The position numbers were made by a program, and so were the translations under genes. Under the pieces are notes generated by a model that had not been told where the DNA came from, made no database searches, and saw only the letters and a program-made list of their open reading frames with translations. A DNA stretch of 64,000 nucleotides. It comes from Octopus sinensis (lineage: Eukaryota). The DNA is taken from contig NC_042999.1 in assembly GCF_006345805.1 (NCBI RefSeq), forward strand, positions 15,624,001 through 15,688,000, in the 5' to 3' direction. Below, in pieces: positions 1 through 13,424 of this stretch (the first letter of the stretch is position 1; each line of letters opens with the position of its first letter).

Positions 1-990
1 TTGGTCAAAAATTGTCTCACACTCAAAGCGATGTGTACAGGAGCATTATCATGATGAAACCACCACTCGCCATTTTTGCCACAGGTCGGAGTGTTTTCAT
101 CTCACCACATCTTGCAAATGCTTCAGACCTGCCAAGTAAAATTTCTGGTTAACAGTTTGACCAGAAGAAGCAAATTCTGTGTGGACAATTCCTTTCACAT
201 TGATGAAACAAACCAACATCGTCTTGACATTAGACTATATTTGATGTGCTCTTTTGGTGCATAGTGACATTGAATGCTTCCATTGACTTGATTGCTACTT
301 CGTTTCTGAGTTGTAGCCATAGCTATTTGTAGCGAGCATCTTTCATCACCAGTGATGACCTTCGAAAAAAGGTCTGGATCAACTTCCACCTGTTCTTTCA
401 GTTCACGACATGCATTCAGTTGTGACTGCTTTTGAGGCACAAATTTTGCTGCAACTATTTTTATTCACAATTCCTCACTCAAAATTCATTGGCAAGACCT
501 CCAGAACAGACCAGTCATATTAACAAGTTTGTCAATTGTTTGGTGTCAGTCCTCCAAGATCAGTACACAAATTTTGACAATGTTTTCATTTGCTCAGGAG
601 GTTGACATCTGCCCTGAATGAGGTTGGTCTTCAAGCGACAAGAGACCATTCCTAAAGCATGAAAACCACTCATCAACTTGTGTTTAGCTTAGCGTCCTTG
701 TAATAATCTGTTTGAGGCATGACAACTGTTTCAGTTGTCGTTTTCCCCAGCAAGAAACAGAATTTCATGGAAGTATACTGTTCCTTTGTTTCAGCTATTG
801 CAACATTCAACAGACAGGGGAGAAGCACTACAAAACAGAGCTGCATCACATGGCAGTATGACTGGATTTGATGCTGCTGGTTGGCAGACTAATGCTTGAG
901 GGTCACATCAAGTGGCTTCTAGCAGTGGAAGCCTGAACTACAACAGGCTTGTCCCACAGAGAACGTTTATGGTTAATTCTGGGTAACCCC
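1..990 (-). mobile_element. Decayed mariner-family DNA transposon (transposase pseudogene), 3' part runs off the window
   Basis: Minus-strand translation with stops and frameshifts gives MKFCFLLGKT, EWFSCFRNG, VAAKFVP, FSKVITGDER, TVNQKFY and WWFHHDNAPVH, which are mariner transposase motifs. Probable TIR remnant GGGGTTACCCAGAATTAACC at 971-990. Confidence 0.9.
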
Positions 991-1049
991 ATCATCATCA
1001 TCATCCTTGTTTCACGTCTGCCTTCCATGCTGGATATTTCAAGGCATGG

Positions 1050-1290
1050 CAGCTCACCACCTGAGCTGGCAGAATCGTTAGCACGCCGGGTGAAATGCGT
1101 AGCCGTATTTCGTCTGTCAATACATTCCGAGTTTAAATTCCGCCGAGGTCGACTTTGCCTTTCATCCTTTCAGGGTCGATAAATTAAGTACCGGTTATGC
1201 AATGGGGTCGATATAATCGACTTAATCCGTTTGTCTGTCCTTGTTTGTCCCCTCTGTGTTTAGCCCCTTGTGGGCAGTAAAGAAATAGGT
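1050..1290 (+). mobile_element. SINE family B (tRNA-like head, GCCTTTCATCCTTTC core)
   Basis: Matches the other family B copies; flanked by a near-identical 15-bp repeat TATTTCA(A/T)GGCATGG at 1035-1049 and 1290-1304. Confidence 0.85.
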
Positions 1291-3137
1291 ATTTCATGGC
1301 ATGGGTATGAAACAGCTAGCCATATTCTTGGTGCAACAAAAAGGGACCTTGCAACAGAATATCCAAGTTCATTCACTTACGTCTTTACAGAGTGAAGATC
1401 ATAAGTGATGTAGAGAAGTGATAAGGGATATGTATGATAGAGGGATGATTAGAAGAAGGCCTCAATTTTCCAAGACAGGTACATATATACCAAAGGCAAC
1501 ATAAGAGCATAAAACACTGATAAAATATAATGTCATTCAGGAGATAGTGTGCTAACAGATACCCAGGATGTAAGGAAGATCAGAAACAAGCAGAATGAAA
1601 TGGGGTGATGACATATAATAGAAGAGGGGTGAATGTAGAATGTCCTGGGTACACCTGGTTTTATGTATTCTCTTATGCCTACATTTTGGGATGAGCCAAT
1701 AATAAGAGCAAAAATAAGGGCAGCAATGAATGGGATGACAAGGATAATAGATAGTTGGCAAGGTCTGGGCCAATTAGTGGCAGAAATGATAGACAGTGAG
1801 CGGTGGTGTTAAGACTGAGAGAAAAATAAATAGTAAGGAAATGAGAAGGCGTGAAATTGTGTAGGAGGCAGGAATAGTAGTTTACTATACATTTATACAC
1901 ACAATTGCACACATACTCACATGTGTGTGTGCACCATATGTGCATATGTATAATATTATCTAAGTTTACATCAATATACTATTTTTGTAACTTTTGATTG
2001 AATGTGCTTGCTCTGCTAATTGAGTCACCTGTGGCCAAGACTTCAACACTACATATTGCCAGGTAATATGATCGCTTGTCATCACCTTGTTGTGACCAGT
2101 TTCTACCACTTTGTATCAAGTCTTTCTTGCTCTCTCTCTCTCTCTCTCTCTCTCATTGTGTGTGTGTTCATGAATGTGTATGTGTAATAATAGCGCTTCT
2201 CATACTTCCAAATTAAATATTTACTTTGAAAAAATTATGTATACTGTAACATAAATACATCAGTTTTATTTTCCAAATAAGGAAACTATAAACACCAAAT
2301 ACTTATAAAACTTTCACTTGGCTTCACAGTATATTTTCCCCAAACAGAATATAAATTATTAAGAATAAAGAAATGAATTAACAAACTAATTTTGAAAGTT
2401 TTAGAAAAGTTTTATCAATGAAGCATTACTAGTGAAATTTTAAGATATATCCTCATTACTTTTCCACAAGATTTTATGCAAGAATATAATGTAATGAGGG
2501 TGGTTTCAAGAATTTGTTCAATATGTAGTGCTTATTCACCATATTTCACATCTCTGTTCTTCAGTGAAGATTGCATTATTTCACTTGAGTAATTAATAAT
2601 TTCAATCAGGATAAATTAAAATGACTAAAATTGAATTAGTATAAGTTACCAATATATAATCATATTACGAGACTTCACCTTTGCATATATTAGACTCTAT
2701 CCCATGTAAGACATGTTTAACTCTATGGATAGACGTATAACTGCTACATAGATATGTCAATTAGAGAAAATTATTTTCGCATTGGCTTCAGATGGGGTAG
2801 CATGCAAATAAGTAATTGAAAGGAATAGAAGCCCCTGAAGAGGAGGGAGACAGAAGAGAGGGGGGATCTGAATTTCTGTGGGCCAGAGGCTGTAATGCAT
2901 GGATGAGGAAGTATTTGTTATTCAGTTGGATGACTTGTGCTTTGGGTTTGCTCTAAAATGTTTCTGTTTGCTACACATACAAACATTCTAATAAAGGAGA
3001 AGTACCCCATCATAGGTCTCTGATCGGTTTTGCTTTTAGTAATGACAGACTAAACACAAACTATTTACAATTCCTTTAACTCTTTTAAAACTGACTTGCC
3101 TGAGATTGCCCTTTGTTGTATGATACAAACTTCTTGT

Positions 3138-3567
3138 TTAGCCCTTTTGATACCAACCTGCCTGAGACCACCTCTGGCTCTCTAGTAGAAATGCCTTGTT
3201 TTCCTAAATTCTGAATTTAGAAAACCATAGCCACAATTTATGTTCCTAACACTAGCTTCTACCAAACCATAGCCATAATTTATGTTCCTAACACTGGCTT
3301 CTACCAAGCCATAGCCGCAATTTATGTTCCTAACACTAGCTTCTACCAAACCATAGCCACAATTTATGTTCCTAACACTAGCTTCTACCAAACCATAGCC
3401 ACAATTTATGTTCCTAACACTAGCTTCTACCAAACCATAGCCACAATTTATGTTCCTAACACCAGCTTAATGATAACTAAGTTATTTTACTAAATTCTTT
3501 GTTATATTTAAAATAATTGAAAGAAACAAAGAGCATCACAACAGAAATATGGTAACAAAAGGGTTAA
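3138..3567. mobile_element. piggyBac-like MITE (inner copy)
   Basis: TIR CCCTTTTGATACC / GGTAACAAAAGGG with TTAG (mutated TTAA) and TTAA flanks. Confidence 0.75.
3222..3468. repeat. 42-bp minisatellite, about 5.9 copies, inside the MITE
   Basis: Unit AAACCATAGCCACAATTTATGTTCCTAACACTAGCTTCTACC repeated head-to-tail with no spacers. Confidence 0.95.
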
Positions 3568-4085
3568 AGGGATCTGAATTAGAATTTTCCTTTCAAATTT
3601 CATATTAAGTTATGCTTCAAAAACCATTTAAATAGTGGTTAATTTATTTATTGTATTCATTATTAGTTTCAAAATTAATTGAAACAAAGGCAGAATGTTT
3701 TAATAGAAATAAGGTAACAAAAGAGTTAAAACCAGGGAATATTTTACTATTCCAGCCTGAAAGTGTTAATGTACAAGAGCAGCTCAGAATTGAACTTTAT
3801 ATTTTCAAAGAAGTGAAATAAAATTTCTGTTAATTAATGGATGACAAACTCATATCCATAGAGATAGCAAACAATAAATTTGTTCCTGAAAATATTCTCC
3901 ACAAATTTTGATAGTGATTTGTGTAAATAAATATTACAAGGGATGAAACACCACAGTTGAGATTCATTTTAATATTCACTTGAAAACAATGTAGTTTTAC
4001 AATCAAAGTAATATTACATTAGTGTCTGGTTGAAACAGTAACATAGCAGAGTTTATAGATTTTAAATTTATCCATTTAAATTCTA

Positions 4086-4503
4086 GGATCTTTTCGGTTT
4101 GAACGGCAGTTTTTTCTAGCAGTGTCATATGGAACTGTCACCCATAATTATGACCCTAGTATCGATCTATTGCATTTCAATCTGTTTTAGGGTTAGGGTT
4201 AGAGGTGGGGGGAAGGGTATCTTTTTTCTTCACAAATGTAAATAAACCCAATCTGTTTCTTAAACGAGGGACATATTCATACGGCACAGAATGTTTTCAC
4301 CTCAACAGACGTCATTGATTGGTTGAAATTGCAGAAATTGAAGAAAAAAAACCCAACAAATATCTTACAAACTATAGAATTTTCTCAATAAAGCCAAAAG
4401 AAAAAGATATTTTATAAACACATTCTACCAGTATACAAAGTTTAAAAGTGTTTAGTTACCTGGAAATTATTTTAAAAAACTGCTGTTCAAACCGAAAAGA
4501 TCC
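4086..4503. mobile_element. Intact MITE with 29-bp TIRs and 8-bp TSD (Merlin- or hAT-like)
   Basis: TIR GGATCTTTTCGGTTTGAAC(G/A)GCAGTTTTT at both ends with one mismatch; TSD AAATTCTA at 4078-4085 and 4504-4511. Confidence 0.9.
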
Positions 4504-7500
4504 AAATTCTAACTTCAACTAGTGGCAGCTTTGCTTTCTATTTATCTAGACACTTTAAATTAAATGGTAGCAGTTGTAAAACACAAGGGTTGATTCCACC
4601 AACTATAACCCCACAGCTATAAGAGAGAAAGCAAAACTCTTTATGAGATTGAATACATTGAAATAGGTTTCTTTTGTAGTAATGTGTATTCTTCAAGAAT
4701 TCTTAATGTTCTAAGCTGACAAAGTGTTTATTGAATTACCACATTCCCATGAGTTACCACTTGTTCATGGTTCGTAAAATTATTTCTACTATATAAAACA
4801 ATACTAAAAAGTGATAATAAAGATTATTCCATTAAAATTAAACAACAATTTCAAAGTGCTGCAATATCTTCATCTGAAATGTTGGTAGTTTTATAGAAGT
4901 AAGGTAATAATGATTTCCTTTATTGTCACAAGATCACAAATTTGTAGGAAAAGGTGTTCCCAATTAAACTGAAGACAATACATACACAATACTAACTTTA
5001 TGACCCAATGGAGAAATGAATGATAAAATTGATTCCTGCAAAATATAAAATTGGAGTGTATAGGGAACAAAACGAAATATTTGAAGCCAATGTTCTGCCA
5101 TTTCTGCTACGATATTATGTCTTTTAAAAATAAGTTTATTTTTTATTTAACACAAAGGTGTTAAATTTAGAAGACAAAATAAGAATCAATAAATAAAAGA
5201 AATGAAGCAACATGGCTTCGAGTGAGGATAGAAAATGTGTCACCATCTTAGAACACCTGAAGGTTATCGTTTGCTGTAAGATGAACAACATTACATTCAT
5301 TGTTATAATTAGTATGTTTATCTTTCAAGTGAATGAATAAATAACCTGCAGCTTTGTTGAGAGTCATGGAGTAGAAAAAAGGATAGTTCTAAACCCAGGA
5401 ACTGTTTTTTTTTATGTCTTTTATTATGCAATAGAGAAGTTTGTTACCTGCTGAGGTATAATCATTTATTTAAGCTACAAATGGAAGTGGCAGTTGTGTT
5501 TCTCAAAAAAAAAAACCCCAAAAAACACGCACAGAAAATAAAATCAGAAAGAGTACAAGTAGCTATGGTATGGTGGAACAAGGCAATAACTATGTAATTG
5601 GTATCAATTCTGAGGTAGTACAAAACTCCATTGCAAATTAATTAGTTTTCTGGAATTTAACAATATAATTAACAGGAAGAATTATCTTATCAAAAATACC
5701 ATAAATATACTTGTGTCTCTCAAATTAATGCCTAGCAGCATAGGGAAACGAATCGATAATCCATATTGAATCTATCTTCATTATTGAAAATTATTAGTCA
5801 ACCAAGATTAGTGTTTGCTTAATAAATATTGTAGTGCATTGGAAAAGGCACCTCTAACCATTTTTTGTTTCATAAATTTAAGAAAACCAATAAGTCAAGC
5901 ATTCACAGTCTCAACGTATATGTTATACAAAAATGGTATGTATTAATAAACTTAACTATGGTAAAGTCAGTGTGTAAGGTCTTGAACTGAGCTTATAATT
6001 TCAAAGTTTGCTGCATGTTTTGTGATCTTTGGCAATGTAATTTTTTCCTCAGCTTGCCTACATCAAAATAAGTACCACAGCAATTTTGTATAGCATTTTG
6101 CCCTTTTACCATTCTGTATTTTTCTGTTTACTATCCACTATGCATATTAAACACATGCAGTTCATATATGTATGTGTGTGTATGTAAAGACACACACAAA
6201 CACACACACACATATATATGCACAGATTCGTGATAAACTTAAGAGACTATCTATGTAAATGCTTTTAACAGGAAAAGCAAATAAGAAAAATAATACATAA
6301 AAATCTGAGAGCACTTTGAATGCATATCTATGAAAGCAAAGTGAAATTGGCAGAACTTGAACTGATAATGTAGAGAGACATATAGTTAAAAACTAAACTC
6401 TGAAGCATATTAGACTGATACTTTACATTTTCAACAAACCCAATTACTTTGTAAGATCAAATATTACAGTATTAAATTTGTATGTTTTACATTTTTAATC
6501 AACAACTATCGAATCCATTTACTGCACAAAAATATCGATATAAATAATTTCTAAACATGTATTTTATTAATTTCTAACCAGAAGGAAAAAAGATGCCAAA
6601 ATATATTAACAATATAAAGTAAAAATATCGAATGATTTTAAACAGATTGATAGAGTAAATGCAAAATTAAATAAATATGTTAAAAAAAAATATTACTAAT
6701 ATAAAGAAACATTAAACGAAGATAGAATTAAAAGATTTAATAGATTATTCAGAATATAATTTTTTGTAATCGTTTCAACATATGTACTACATGACTTAAA
6801 TCATATATTGAGTAAAAGGCATGAATGTTTTTATCAAACACTCAAAGGAACTTTTCCAGTGAATTTGCAATGATAAAAGATACTTTAAAAGTCATGTTAA
6901 TCAATAGAATATAAATGTTAAAACACATTTGAAAATTCCGTGATGGAAATGAAAATAATTATGGTGAAGGTCAAAGTGCAAAATATAATAAACACTTATA
7001 TTTTCTTTATCTTCTCTTAACTATCTTTATTATCATTTTAACATGATAACTACTATTAGGAATGTACTTTAAGTATCAGTACTATCCATCTTTTTTTTTT
7101 TTTTTCATATCGATTATAAAGCTCCGTTCAGTTATATACAGAATGATACTGAGCAAACTGAGAGACAGTTTATTGCAGCTGGGAAAATGATTTTCATTTG
7201 ATCAGTTAAGTCACAATGAAGTGCCATCTTTATTTATTTGTTAATTCCGTCATAATTATCGAATGAAATACTTTCTACATTTTTCCATTCCTCGTCTATT
7301 TGATTAAATCTCTATATCTTTACCCAGATTTCCACCACCATAGTGTTATCAAACAAATTACACTCTGTGAAAATAATGCTTTAGCTTTGACATCAAAAGA
7401 AAGATCTAATCCATAGCTACTTGTTTGAAATGATGAAGAAACATAAAAGAAATCCAGTGTGCTGATTTCTAGCTTGAATTACATATTCCGATTTCAAAAG

Positions 7501-8010
7501 AATACATGACAGTTGTCCATTTCAGATGTTAGCTGTGGGTATCTAATATTGATTTATTTGGATTAAACACATATCACAGATACACAGGGAAGTTGGTATA
7601 GTCAGTTGATAGCAATATATTACTTGTATTTATGTTAGCAACCCTGGAGGGATGCAAAGTAAAGTCAAACTAGAATGAAGTCCGGTTTTTGAAGCTAAAC
7701 TCTTTTAAATATTTTAATGTGATAAATGCAGCTTTTTATCATTGAAATCTATCTTAACGCTTGTCTTGTAAAGAGAGTGAAGTTGATTTTTCACTGGGCA
7801 GCAGATCTATATGAGAGAGAATATATCTTTTTACAATATTACCAATGACAGATATACAGCTGTAACAAATATTTGCAATATGCAAATATTCAATATGAGT
7901 TGTGAAGAAGTGATACGATATATTGATGAAAGGACAATCTCTGAGGAATATCTACATTTCTACTTTCACAAATCTTTCCAACTAAATTTATCACTTGCAT
8001 GGCCACAAAG

Positions 8011-8290
8011 TTAACCTTTTCAAGACAATATTTCTTATGAAATATTCTGTTTATGTGCTTCAAGTTTCAATTAATAATGGAAATCATCAAGAATTTGGAA
8101 GAATTTAGTAGAATGAAACAGACTCTCATTCATTCATTCATTTATGAAGCTGATGTTTGGAACATGATTGAACAAAAAGTTTTATATATAATTATGATTG
8201 CTATTAAATTAGTTAAGAATGTTTTAAAATAGGAAGTTTTACATTACCGAATGAGGGGCTGTCTCAGTCAGGTTGATATCAAAAAGTTAG
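8011..8290. mobile_element. Old copy of the piggyBac-like MITE, opposite orientation
   Basis: TTAA-CCTTTT start and GTCTCAGTCAGGTTGATATCAAAAAG-TTAG end resemble the reverse complement of 3138-3567. Confidence 0.55.
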
Positions 8291-8965
8291 CTGATTATTT
8301 TAGTAATTTATATTAGGCTTATGTAGAACTATATAAGATTGATTTCAAATTTTGGGGTAGGGGGTAAATCAATTATATTGAACCCAGTGTTCAACTGGTG
8401 CTTAGTTCAATGACTCCAAAAGGATGAAAGGCAAAGTGGACCATAACAGAATTAGAATTATATAAGATTAATGCTATATTTATAAGAATTCTACACATAA
8501 GAACAAGAAGTCTTATATAACAGAATGTGACACATTCTCAGACCTAATGAAGCCACTTACTTAGTAAATTAATTCAATACTTAATCAATAAGAGAATAAC
8601 TGAAATAGAGGTTAAGTAATATATTTCGTGAAGTAGATCTCTATTTTTTTTTATTTCATTATATAATTTGATTTATTGAAATATGTCTCATGATTTCATA
8701 TTTTAGTAGTGGTGGTACTGTTTATGGGAAGGTAGTGACTTTTCTGATGATGTTGATGAGGTATTTATCCACTCTACGACTAGATTAAAGGTCAACTCAG
8801 AAATCATGAAAATAATAATTTGTTTTGTGTTTTGGAAAGAAGAATTTTTCGTATTGGGTGCAAGGCCGTACATTTTGTAAACAGAGGTATGAAATCAATC
8901 CTAAAGAGCTTTGTGCATTACTGATTCTTATGAAAGACAAAGTGACCATTGCTAGGATTTTATGT

Positions 8966-9348
8966 AGGCACAATCAGGGATGTATGGTTAAGAAGATTAC
9001 TTCCAAATCATATGGTGTCAGGCTCAGTTCGACAGCATGGCAACCTGGGCATATGTCTTCTGCTATTGCTCTGGCAGGCAGATTCTGAAAGAAGCCAATT
9101 GTATATATGTGTGTGTGTGCATGTATGTAATATTTTGTGTGTTAGCTCCTGGTCTTGATATAGTAATGTTGTTTGTTTCTGATCTTCTATAAAAAACATG
9201 TCTGGCCAAGGCAAATATTACCTGACTTGGAAACAAGTAAGGGTTGGTGACAGAAAGGATATCCAGCCATAGAAAATATTCCTAAATGAATTTTGTCTGA
9301 CCCATGTAAGTATGGAAAAATAAAGGTTAAAACAATGATGATGATTAT
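8966..9348 (+). mobile_element. Old SINE family F (family A-type head, RTE-type (GAT)n tail)
   Basis: Head resembles family A; tail GGTTGGTGACAGAAAGGATATCCAGCC...CCCATGTAAGTATGG...ATGATGATG resembles the RTE 3' end; homologous to 40172-40612. Confidence 0.65.
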
Positions 9349-9425
9349 GGTGAGTTAAAGAAAATCACTTTATGAAGTAAGGCGTTACTTCCAGTTCACC
9401 ATTCTAACAATGGAGTAGGCAGTAC

Positions 9426-9458
9426 CTGAAAGCCTGTGTCAATGTTTCTGTAGGTGAT
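9426..9458 (-). CDS. Candidate 33-nt micro-exon of unidentified gene
   Basis: tgtag acceptor and CAG|gtactg donor; reads SPTETLTQAF (phase 2) or ITYRNIDTGFQ (phase 0); weak pyrimidine tract. Confidence 0.25.
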
Positions 9459-9631
9459 CTACATATATATATACACAACTTTGTATACCATGTGTATAAA
9501 GAGTGAGATGAGAAGCAGAAATCAAAGTTTATCAGCTTGTAAGCTTCAGTAAAGCTGGTTCTAAGATGGATCACACAGTATTTTATCACATACTCATTCA
9601 TTTGGATACTCCAATACTCTATTTTCCTTAC

Positions 9632-9679
9632 CTCACAATCATAACAGGTAACATATAATCCATAGTCAAGTTTATTGGT
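9632..9679 (-). CDS. Candidate 48-nt exon of unidentified gene
   Basis: cctag acceptor and strong GAG|gtaagg donor; reads PINLTMDYMLPVMIV (phase 2) or TNKLDYGLYVTCYDCE (phase 0). Confidence 0.3.
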
Positions 9680-10199
9680 CTAGGTCAGCAGAATTTGGTA
9701 TTTGTCATAGAATAATCTTTTATATATAGTTAGGCACATATATTGCATATAGATAGAATATAAATCCTGGAAGATAACCTGTATGATATACTGGCATTTA
9801 AACTGTACAGATGTAGCCATTCAAGAACCATGCACTAAATTCAGAATTAAACAGATTAAATAGGAAGCTGCTGGCATGAAGTAAAAGGCAAAGGTGTGCT
9901 GGTTGTCACATTATAAAATGTAACAACCAGATTGTAGCAAGAGAAATGCTTTATCATATGACATCAAACCACAGATCATAAGACCAATATATGCTGGAGA
10001 TATTTACATTGGCATTTTCATATGTGCATAAGGTGAACAAATGTACATTGTTGAGGAAATATATATAACAATTTTCATGAAGTACTGAGAACTATAACTC
10101 TATACAAAGGTGTTAATGGATTGCTAATTGTGTATGAAGGAAAGGTGGTAAACTATGAATGTATGTTTATTGCAGAATATTCATTTAAATGATGACTAT

Positions 10200-11910
10200 C
10201 ACAGTTTTTCTCCAACAACACCCCATCTTTCAATAACACTCAGTAACATGAAAGAAATGAAGATTTATTCTCTTAATTGATTTAAAGAACGTATATTTTC
10301 AGATTGGTTTGGATGAAGATTCTAAGAGATTGCGTGTGCTAAATACAAATACTGTTCTGTACCTAGTCAGTAAATGGGTTTAAAAAGTAGCAGCTCCAAT
10401 GTCTAGCAATGTATTGAGCCTATACTGGAAGGAATTAACGGCATTGACATCTATCATGATGACATATTAATCTCTACTGGAACCCAATATAAATTGAAGA
10501 ATTGAGAAAATGCAGTTATTGCTAAAGCAAAATAAGCCAATATATCAATTAATCCAAATAAATACATTAATCATACTTCTCTCACAGTTTCCTAGAAATG
10601 AAACCATCTTATAGTCTAATATACAAAATTCAATAGTTTAGTGATCCTAAACTGAAATAAAGAAACTGAGAAACTGACTACTATTGTCAGTTTATACCAA
10701 AGTTTACACACATAGCTGAACCTAAAAGGAATCTCTTTGCTTGGAGAACATAACAAACACAAGCTTTTTGAAAAGATAAGGACTTTTTACACAACACCCA
10801 GTTCTGGTAACATGCTTTGCTTCATTTGACACAACTCTTTTTGCTTATGCTTTTGAATTTGGGGGAGCCGGAATGTCTGAAAATGGGAAGCCCTTATCAA
10901 ATGTTGACAATACTCACAGAAATTTCAGTAATACTGAGACCAATGCAGTAGTATGCTACATTACTCTTTACTGTTTTACTTGTTTCAGTCATTTGACTGC
11001 GGCCATGCTGGAGCACCGCCTTTAGTCGAGCAAATCGACCCCGGGACTTATTCTTTGTAAGCCCAGTACTTATTCTATCGGTCTCTTTTGCCGAACTGCT
11101 AAGTGACGGGGACGTAAACACACCGGCATCGGTTGTGAAGCAATGCTAGGGGGACGAACACAGACACACAAACATATACACACACATATATATATATACA
11201 TATATACGACAGGCTTCTTTCAGTTTCCGTCTACCAAATCCACTCACAAGGCATTGGTTGGCCCGGGGCTATAGCAGAAGACACTTGCCCAAGATGCCAC
11301 GCAGTGGGACTAAACCCGGAACCATGTGTTTGGTTAGCAAGCTACTTACCACACAGCCACTCCTGTGCAATTGGGCAATTGAGATATTTTTTATTAAGGA
11401 AATCTTTCTCATTTGGAGACTTATTACCAGACTGATCATCACTCATTGTAATTAATTTTCTAAAGAATCTTGATGTTTCCGGGCAAGTTTCTCAGTGGAT
11501 TGCCACATAATGTCTCATGTTATCACAACATGATCCCCAAATCATTCATATGTCAGGAAAGACCATCAGTCATATTTGATGCTCTGACAAGACTAATGTA
11601 TTATGTAGATCAATTTGATACTGTCCTTTACAAATGTATAACAATCTGATATAGATAATGATGAATTAATTTTTGCTGATGCTCAATGAGTGGAAGATAT
11701 TAAAGATCATTTTATTAAAGGTGCCCTTTATGTTTGTTTGTTCAAAGAATCACATTGTTGGAAAAGACTGGTGTAGGCTAATTATTCTTGAATAATTTTC
11801 CAGGCATTCATCTGCAGTGACTGGATAGAATAAATAGGTCTTTAACGAAATAGGCTATTCATTCTTGAGATTTATTTCACAAATGCTCTTTTGACAATTC
11901 ATCAAGCACA
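10200..11910 (+). mobile_element. Ty3/gypsy LTR-retrotransposon pol relic (RT, RNase H, start of integrase), split by a SINE
   Basis: LDEDSKRL, MGLKSS, ILEGINGIDIYHDDILI (YxDD at 10452-10463), AFEKI, RNFSNTE, QTDHHSL, IIHMSGK, DALTRL and IHQAH occur in gypsy order with many disablements. Confidence 0.85.
10961..11368 (-). mobile_element. SINE family A (tRNA-like head, internal (TA)n/(TG)n, CR1-type tail)
   Basis: Near-identical to copies at 22845, 32174 and 38116; inserted in the gypsy RNase H region. Confidence 0.95.
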
Positions 11911-12164
11911 CACACACATGTACTAATGATTTGTAGGTATGTGGTATTTCGTTATGCAATCATAATCTCTATACGTATAAAATTCTTTGTCCGTTTGTCT
12001 GTCTGTTCTTGATGCATTCTCAAACAACTCCACCAAATCAAACCAAATTTTACAAGGTTAAACTATTACACCCAGTGAGTGTCAAAATGTAATTTTTATT
12101 TTCATTTGGATTAAAACATTATAATATTTTCTTGAAAATAATCTTTTAAAAGTCAACTATAGTA

Positions 12165-12480
12165 CAGGACATTTTATACCACGATGACTACAATATCACA
12201 TTTTGTATATGAGTGTGTATGTGCCTGTCAGTGTGTGTGTGTTTGCACATTCCTTATATACGAGATAGTAAAGGACATTTTACACCACCACCACCACAAT
12301 GACACATTGTATATCAGTATATATGTGTCTGTCAGTATGTGTGTGCTTGTGGGTTTATTGCATACCACATAGTAAACGACATTTTATACCACCACCACTA
12401 CCACCACCACGGCACATTTTGTATATGAGTGTGTATGTGTCTGTCAGTGTGTGCGTGTTTGCGCATTCATTACATAAATG
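12165..12480. repeat. Degenerate ~100-bp tandem repeat (about 3 units) within the Helitron
   Basis: Recurring GACATTTTA(T/C)ACCAC...ACATT(T)TGTATAT...TGTCAGT(G/A)TGTG units. Confidence 0.7.
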
Positions 12481-12570
12481 TATGTGTGTCTGTCTTAGTA
12501 TATGTATGTCAGTGTATGTGACATTGTATGTGTGTGCCAGTGTATGTGTGATTCTCCAATTACACTGATG

Positions 12571-13173
12571 TAAACTGGCCATGTTAAAGAGCTATACTGG
12601 CTCCAACTAATGAAATGGTTGATAAACTCTATCATGAACTTCTTCAAAAGTTAACAGATACATCAGAAATTACTTTTCCATAAATTCACACAACAGTCGA
12701 TCGAGATCAGGCTGTTCAATACTCTGTTGAATGTCTGAACACACTTAAACCCATTGGGATGCCACTGCATAACTTGGCACTAAAGCTGGATGCTCCCAGT
12801 AAGCTCACTTGTGTAATGGAACTTGTTTAACTATTACTTCCATGAAGCCCCCATGTCCTGCAGGCAACAATCATAACAGGTAATCACAAAGAAAATGTCT
12901 TTATTACAAAATTTTCTCTCATACCTACAAATGTTCCATTTGAATTTAAGAGGCTTCAGTTTCCATTCAAATGAAATTTTTGGTATTTCAATTAGCAAAT
13001 ATCAGGGTCAATCCCTCAAGGTAGTTGGACTTCCTTTCTCTCCTACATGTTTCTCCCACAGCCAACTCTATGTTACTTGCTCATGATTTGGATGTAGCAA
13101 CAATTTATGCATTTCGATGCCAACAAAAAATTACTCAATGAAAATTGTTTACCTCGAGGTGCTTCAACATTGA
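12571..13173 (+). pseudogene. Helitron RepHel PIF1-like helicase C-terminus, disabled
   Basis: RAILAPTNEMVD, LNTLKPIGMPLHNL, LCNGT, IPTNVPFEFKRLQFP, ISKYQGQSLKVVG, CFSHSQLYVTCS and IVYLEVL. Confidence 0.92.
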
Positions 13174-13424
13174 CAGATTTTTCCGTTCAAAATTCTATTA
13201 TCATTACAATTTGGATATTTTCTTAATAAAATATACATATTTTGTAATAATTATGAGAAACAAAATATATCTCCATATTTATTGTTTACTAATCTGAATA
13301 AGAACAGCATTAACATGAGCAACACTGGGTAATTCAGCTAGAATACTATAAAGTATATTAAATATATAAGTCAATACCATGTTCAACTGTGTTCTACTAA
13401 CAAAAATCAGTGCTGGCTATAATT

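Larger units (their letters stand above)
3076..3729. mobile_element. piggyBac-like MITE (older copy) with a related copy nested inside
   Basis: Ends TTAA-CTCTTTT and GGTAACAAAAGAG-TTAA; body aligns by eye with the inner copy at 3138-3567. Confidence 0.65.
11966..13341 (+). mobile_element. Non-autonomous Helitron carrying a PIF1-helicase C-terminal relic
   Basis: 5' A|TCTCTATACGTATAAAA; 3' GAGCAACACTGGGTAATTCAGCTAG; internal helicase motifs. Confidence 0.85.

Noticed and set aside
1380-1900. Purine-rich block with a minus-strand gtaagt donor
   Set aside because: No matching acceptor or recognisable motif; probably a very old retroelement remnant.
3182-3468. CRISPR-like array or repeat protein (VEASVRNINCGYGL)n
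   Set aside because: Pure tandem 42-mer without spacers inside a eukaryotic MITE; the ORF exists only because the unit is a stop-free multiple of three.
4187-4202. Interstitial telomere
   Set aside because: Fewer than three TTAGGG units, internal to a MITE.
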